Assembly (NCBI GenBank): GCA_032718475.1
Contig: JAUCBJ010006757.1
Location: forward strand, 1-64,000
From: Nemertoderma westbladi
Lineage: Eukaryota > Animalia > Xenacoelomorpha
Reading direction: 5' to 3'
Length of the DNA stretch: 64,000 bases
In this document: positions 58,494 to 64,000 of the stretch, piece after piece
Layout: each line of letters begins with the position of its first letter
Position numbering within the stretch: the stretch's first letter is position 1
Program-made: the position numbers and the translations under genes
The notes under the pieces: generated by a model
Told to the model about the DNA's origin: nothing
Databases searched by the model: none
What the model saw: only the letters and a program-made list of their open reading frames with translations

Positions 58494-61400
58494 TTACGTT
58501 ATGGAGTCCCTAGATATTTGTCGGATTAGGGAAGTGGTCGTAGGAAGAGTATCTTGCCTTCCATAGTTTCCGGACAGTTTTCGGTCTCTTTCCAGTAAAC
58601 ATAAACGACCAGCTGGGTGATTGGGTTGTCGTGTTACTTTCTCCGCTCCCTTGGCCTGTCTAATCTCAGCCGGGTTAAGGTGGGGAGGCCATTCATCTTC
58701 TTCTTTACTTAGGGAGTCGGGTCCACCTAACCAGCCGGGAGTATCTATCCGTTCTTGAGGAGTCGCTCCTCTGGAAGCGATGTCGGCTAGATTAATCATC
58801 TCGGGGCGATGTCTCCATTGATCTTCATTGGAGTTAATATCGTCATTATCTGAGGAGTATGGTGTTCCCTCAGTTAGTTCGTCCACTTCACTGCTCTCCA
58901 CTTCCCAACCATTTATCTGGCATATTCTTTCTGGTGGTAGTCTCTCTTCGAGAGTTCTGCGGGAAGGGCCAGTAAAGTACCAACCTACTCTAGTTCTTAC
59001 CGCATAGGTTTGTAGTGGCTGCGGTTGAGCAGGTCGTTTTTCCAATGTCTCGAGCGCCTCGTGCGCGTTTTGGCCGATAAGTATTTGCACTCCAGGATAA
59101 TCCGTCTGGAATCGAGGTATCTTAAGATGTTGGATGCTCTCATCCTCGTCCCAATTATAAAGGTCTGCTTGGGTAGTAGCGAAGTTCTTTATAGCCACCA
59201 TTTTTACTGACCTTATACTTTGTGCTCCTAATTTATCCTGGGGGGTGGACAACGCACCTACATAGTAATCTGCCGTTATGGTAGATTTCCAAACCTGTAT
59301 AATTCCTGACATATTCAATTTAGTCCGGAACTTGGGTTGTCCAGCAAAGATATCTTCGGCTAGTTCTTGATCGATGAATGTTCCTGTGCTGCCGGAGTCA
59401 AGTAGGGCGTTCACTATGTAACTCTTGTTGGGACCATGAACTCGAACTTGCACTACAGGAAATTCTCTTATTCCTATGTTGGAAGTTGGAACTTTCCAAG
59501 ATGGTTGTTTGTCAAAAGGAGTTGGAGTAAACTCGTCAGTGTCCTTTTCATCCGTAAGTGCTCGATACACTGTGGTATTTATTAGGTAACAGGATTCGTT
59601 GGCGTCGGAGAATTCGTCCGTATAGAATCCTTCCCACTCAGAACTTTGGTCAGTGTCGTTCACATCACTGAATTGGACATGTGATTTGGGCTCACTTACC
59701 TGACTCGGGCTGTTTCGTTCGAATTCACTTTGTAACAAGATGTGATGCTTCGCACCGCACTTTGCACACTTTATGTCGGAGTAACAGGTTCGCCGCTGGT
59801 GTCCGCGTCTGAGGCAATTATAGCATAACCGCTTGTCCCACACAACTGTACGTCTGTCTACAAGGGATTTCTTTAGGAATTCCGCACACGCACTCAAACG
59901 GTGGGGCCCGTCGCACAGCGCACAGTTGGGTTTAATGTTACTCACCTTATTTTGGGTGACGTTATGCACTCTAGTTCTTTCTTCGGGCTTTCTTCCGAGT
60001 ACTCTGTTAGGAAACTGAAGAGGAGTCTTAGCAACCTGTTCTCTCCTGTCATGGGTTCGAGCTTTAGATTTACTTACGTTCTTTGAGGTCTTGTTAACAT
60101 AGTAAAATTTCTCGGTGTCTTCCTCGCTGTCTTCTTCTTGAGAAGCTTGGCTTTCGCCGTCATCAGTATAACACACCGGTGTTACTCTTCTCCTAGAAAC
60201 GGGTTTCTCACTTACCTTATTTTCCGGTGTTTTCTCTCTGGATTGCTTTAGGAGTTGTAATTTCACTTCGCCATCCAAGAATGACATGAGATCAGCCATG
60301 GTAGGGTCTCGTTGTTGTTGTTCCATCGTATATAACACCTTCTTGTCCCAGCGTGTACCTACTCCACCCTTGGGCAAAGTAGATGCTAAGGCTCCTACAA
60401 CCATAGAATTCTGGTATTCATGAGACTTACCTAACCAATCTAGTTGTCTACAGATCTCCTGAATCTCATCGGAAAACTCTATAATCCCGCTGCTAAGAAA
60501 CTTTCGGGGGGCCATTAATTTCGCATATAAATACCTAGCTATGTTATTCCTATTACCATACCTGATGTTTAGTGTATCCCAAACTTGTCTTAATCCATCT
60601 GGATGTCCAATAAATTTTAACGCCATTGACTTGGGAGGTCCTTCCAAGCACTCGATGAGGAATCTAAGTTTCTCTCCGTTGGATAACACAGAGTTCTGTA
60701 TGTTATCTTTATAATATTCATTAAAAGGTAACCATTTCATCTCATCTCCATTGAACTTGACTATCTCTCCAACCTTTACCGCTTGACGGGCTTCGGTTCT
60801 AGCCATTTGACGCGTAAAACTTTCTTGGGCCATCGTGTTATTGAATATCGAGTTATCGGTATATAAATTTCTCGAATTATTATCAAGTCTATTGGGAATG
60901 TCATTAACAACAGGCGTATAATCACCCTTAATAGGGTTTGCTATAGGAGTTTCTACTTCACTAGCAGTATAGATGCGTGTAGGCTCCACACCTTGCGCAT
61001 GTAATACTTCAGACCTAACAGGCTGACACACTGTTACAGGGGTTATTGGTATTCCCTTTTGTAGGTTGACTAATTTGTCGCATTCTAGTGCGATACTTTG
61101 CTGCACTTTTTGCAACTCTAACCTACTTTCCCTTACTGTTCCCTTGAGCTGCTGAACAGTCTCTTCCATTTCCCTGACCTGCTGAGAGGAGCACAAACAG
61201 TGTTCCCTCAGCTGCTCGAGCAGGAGACCCATCTCCCGTCGTCCCTCAGCTACCCACTCAACCGCCGAAGCGGGAGTCGCCAACGTAGTAGCGGGCGAGC
61301 GAGAGACGACGGGCGATAAATTCTTGATACCTCGCTCGGCGTCCAGGACGGGTTCGGACTCGGGAACAGTCCTACTGGGCACAGGTAGTCTTCTGGTTTG

Positions 61401-61598
61401 TTTCTTCAAGTAATCTTGTTTCGCCTGAAGGTTTTCCAGCTCTAGTTGGATAGTCGCTTCAGACGTCTTCCGTTCTGCTTCTGCCACTGCCTCTGCCGCT
61501 TTTCTGTCTTCTCTCCTTTCAAGACACTGTCCAAGTCGACGACTCATTCTAAAACCCTCTAAGAGACTATCTGACAATGTTTGTGTTGTGTCAGACAT
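58494..61598 (-). CDS. In-frame internally deleted Gag-protease polyprotein (1034 aa) of copy C
   Basis: One open frame from the family ATG to the family stop. It retains the Gag core, three knuckle regions and ALLDSGS, and lacks RT, most of RH, and IN. Confidence 0.9.
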   Translation of the reverse strand: MSDTTQTLSDSLLEGFRMSRRLGQCLERREDRKAAEAVAEAERKTSEATIQLELENLQAKQDYLKKQTRRLPVPSRTVPESEPVLDAERGIKNLSPVVSRSPATTLATPASAVEWVAEGRREMGLLLEQLREHCLCSSQQVREMEETVQQLKGTVRESRLELQKVQQSIALECDKLVNLQKGIPITPVTVCQPVRSEVLHAQGVEPTRIYTASEVETPIANPIKGDYTPVVNDIPNRLDNNSRNLYTDNSIFNNTMAQESFTRQMARTEARQAVKVGEIVKFNGDEMKWLPFNEYYKDNIQNSVLSNGEKLRFLIECLEGPPKSMALKFIGHPDGLRQVWDTLNIRYGNRNNIARYLYAKLMAPRKFLSSGIIEFSDEIQEICRQLDWLGKSHEYQNSMVVGALASTLPKGGVGTRWDKKVLYTMEQQQRDPTMADLMSFLDGEVKLQLLKQSREKTPENKVSEKPVSRRRVTPVCYTDDGESQASQEEDSEEDTEKFYYVNKTSKNVSKSKARTHDRREQVAKTPLQFPNRVLGRKPEERTRVHNVTQNKVSNIKPNCALCDGPHRLSACAEFLKKSLVDRRTVVWDKRLCYNCLRRGHQRRTCYSDIKCAKCGAKHHILLQSEFERNSPSQVSEPKSHVQFSDVNDTDQSSEWEGFYTDEFSDANESCYLINTTVYRALTDEKDTDEFTPTPFDKQPSWKVPTSNIGIREFPVVQVRVHGPNKSYIVNALLDSGSTGTFIDQELAEDIFAGQPKFRTKLNMSGIIQVWKSTITADYYVGALSTPQDKLGAQSIRSVKMVAIKNFATTQADLYNWDEDESIQHLKIPRFQTDYPGVQILIGQNAHEALETLEKRPAQPQPLQTYAVRTRVGWYFTGPSRRTLEERLPPERICQINGWEVESSEVDELTEGTPYSSDNDDINSNEDQWRHRPEMINLADIASRGATPQERIDTPGWLGGPDSLSKEEDEWPPHLNPAEIRQAKGAEKVTRQPNHPAGRLCLLERDRKLSGNYGRQDTLPTTTSLIRQISRDSIT

Positions 61599-63469
61599 TT
61601 CGCTTTATACAGTTGGATGCCTACTGCTATATATACAGTTAAAGCAAGTCTAGTAATTCAGTATCACTGCTAGCCTAATAATTAATTACCGATACTGCTA
61701 CTCAATGTAGCGTGATATATATATATAATATATTAGAATACCGGTATGCTTATAGTATATATAAGTATTATTACAGACGAGATTTGTCACAGAGTACCGG
61801 TATATAAATTTAGCACAAATATATATAAATATATAATAGGCCTATAGTGAATACCGGTATACAGCTTACACTTATAGTATATATAAGTATAATTATGAAC
61901 TAGAATTAATTACAGAGTACCGGTATGATTTCAGCTCAAATTTATAGAAATAAATATAATAAGCCTATGGTAAATACTGGTATGTCAATTATTTTAGAAT
62001 AATTGAATTTCTGAATATTTTAGGGTTACTTGGTTACTTTAACTTACTTTATTACCGTTATTTAAGCAGTAGTCCAACTGATATTGAGACCTAGTTGTTG
62101 TATGGCAGGCCTACTATTTATAAATCGTTTGAGTTGATTTATAATATTTATATACCAGTTTAAAATGGGTTTTTGTCAATATTTGAAATAAATGTTATTA
62201 TTTCTGGGGGAGTCACTACACAGAAGCTGAACGCCTCTCAGTGAAGTGCTATTTATTTGACACTAAAACTGATAATTCTAATTTACCTAAGTTACTTAAT
62301 ACTACAAATTACTTACGATACGGGTGAGATTAATTCTCTAATTAAACACAACAAAATATTACGTACGAAATTTTTAGGGTAATTTTACAGGAAGTCTACA
62401 AACCAGTCCAACAAAGGGTTAGATTTCTGGTTATTACAAAGGACAGGGTACTACGGTATTTAAATAATAAGTAGTAGTAAATATATTGTACTGTCCAGAT
62501 AGGAAAATACCACCGCCTGACGACCTATAACCGTATCGCTATAGGTACTACGTTATGTATCACGGATTGTTCCTACCCAGAAGCTAATAGAGCTAACGAA
62601 TGTGCCTATCAACCACTTTACAACACAAATATAGCCTACTGCCTACACTAATTACTTCGGAAAGCACTGTACACTAAACCCTAAATTAGGTACAAGTACC
62701 GGTATAACAAATAATCAGTAGTTAAATATACTTGAACAGTTAAAAGAACCACGGCATCTGCTGGAGTGACCGAAGCACAAAATCTCCAGTCTTTACCTAC
62801 GCCGAGCAGCCCTGATGTAGTACCGGGGTTAGTTTAACTATAACGGTATGTATAACAAGCACAATTACTGTAGGAATAAACTTGGGGACATGAATGTTGC
62901 GAATAATCGCATAAACTAGTGTATTACGGTACCTGAACAGACCACACAAACAAACACAGGCTAAAACACTGGCAGACTACGATCAAGCCTAAATAAACTA
63001 CAGTATATGCAGATTCTGAAACTGTTAGTTAGTATGCGTTCTAACACGGTAGTACGACTTATTCTTTAAGAGGGGATTGACCTTCAGCATATGGCTGCCC
63101 CAACTTACTAACGGCACTTTATCAGACAAACTCTACACACGCCGTAATCTCTCCAAACCCAACAACAGTCAGACAGCAGCTCAGCCTACAATTATCTGAA
63201 CAATCTGAGCAGGGTCACACGCCTTCTGCTCAATATTAGCCTACTAGTAAATAAAACCGACAGAAATAAGTAAACTATACAAAAGAATGAGGGGTGATCA
63301 ATCCCTATTCCCCTGGCAGCCTACAATATACAATAGATCACAATCGAAATAATACTAAATGTACTTGTACAGCAGTACCGGTACCGGTGATGACAGTTAG
63401 GCCTACAGACCTACAGAAATACCGGTTACTACGGTATTTTGCAACCTTATTGCCTACTGCAATAAGATC

Positions 63470-63480
63470 ATAACTGTTAC
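63470..63480 (-). other. Non-tRNA primer-binding site of copy C (GTAACAGTTAT)
   Basis: It abuts the 5' LTR and is the exact reverse complement of the LTR 11-mer at 54853-54863. Confidence 0.75.
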
Positions 63481-64000
63481 TGTTCGCGCTTTTGAAGACC
63501 TTTAGCAGTTTAACCTGCCAAAATTTATATGTCTTTTAGTTAATTAACACACCTTTAGCATACGACAATATTTTATGCTAATAAACAAAACATTAGCCGA
63601 AGCCAGCCCATGCGCGATCATTCACCCGATGGATCTACACCCGGGAGGCTGAATTCGGATGCTTAGATTTTATTATTGCAGTGTAAGGTTGCAGTGTAAA
63701 CCTATTGTATTATTCGATAGATCGTTAATATGTAATTTCTGACAGATATTATTAACTTTCGGGAAATATTAACAGTTCCTTTAGGACGTGGCGCTCTATC
63801 TATTTAAACAGAGCTAGGACTTATACTAAACGCAACGATAAGGCTTATGATTAAAGTATAAGTCGCATTCTTTAGGAAATGCTTTGTTACCAGTCACATC
63901 ACACTCACAATCATGCACACTATTCTGCCGACCGTCAGTATATTTGATCACACCTAAAGAGAACAGCAATTGACTCAGGTAGTGTCTACTAAATAACATT
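63481..64000 (-). repeat. 5' LTR of copy C (partial, cut by the window end)
   Basis: Repeats 54114 to ~54631 almost exactly. Confidence 0.95.

Larger units (their letters stand above)
54114..64000 (-). mobile_element. BEL/Pao LTR retrotransposon copy C: young non-autonomous gag-protease element; 5' LTR runs off the window
   Basis: LTRs at 54114-55341 and 63481->64000 differ by only one visible 2-bp indel over the 520 bp that can be compared. RT and IN are absent. Confidence 0.96.

Overview
Animal (invertebrate-like, AT-rich) genomic DNA dominated by transposable elements. The window holds three copies of one unusually long BEL/Pao LTR-retrotransposon family. Copy A (6173-16346, +) is 5'-truncated, degenerate, and lacks RT and IN. 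Copy B (26014-42074, -) is full length at about 16 kb, with ~1.17-kb LTRs, a CTGCC target-site duplication and an intact ~2720-aa gag-pol. Copy C (54114->64000, -) is young and keeps an in-frame gag-protease-only ORF. Also present: a gag remnant of a second, probably BEL/Pao, element at the left edge; two 5'-truncated RTE-type LINE fragments; a CR1/L2-like remnant; four minisatellites; and one host gene, an intronless phosphoserine aminotransferase (PSAT1). Main discovery candidate: B and C have no tRNA primer-binding site. Instead, the 11 nt next to the 5' LTR are the exact reverse complement of an 11-mer inside the LTR, and the two sites co-vary between B and C. This is the signature of Tf1-type self-primed reverse transcription, here in a BEL/Pao element. 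The family also carries a ~3.3-kb 3' cargo with an 83-nt invariant non-coding block and a non-env second ORF whose middle cassette differs between copies (a zinc-knuckle array in C). All comparisons were made by eye; no database searches were run.
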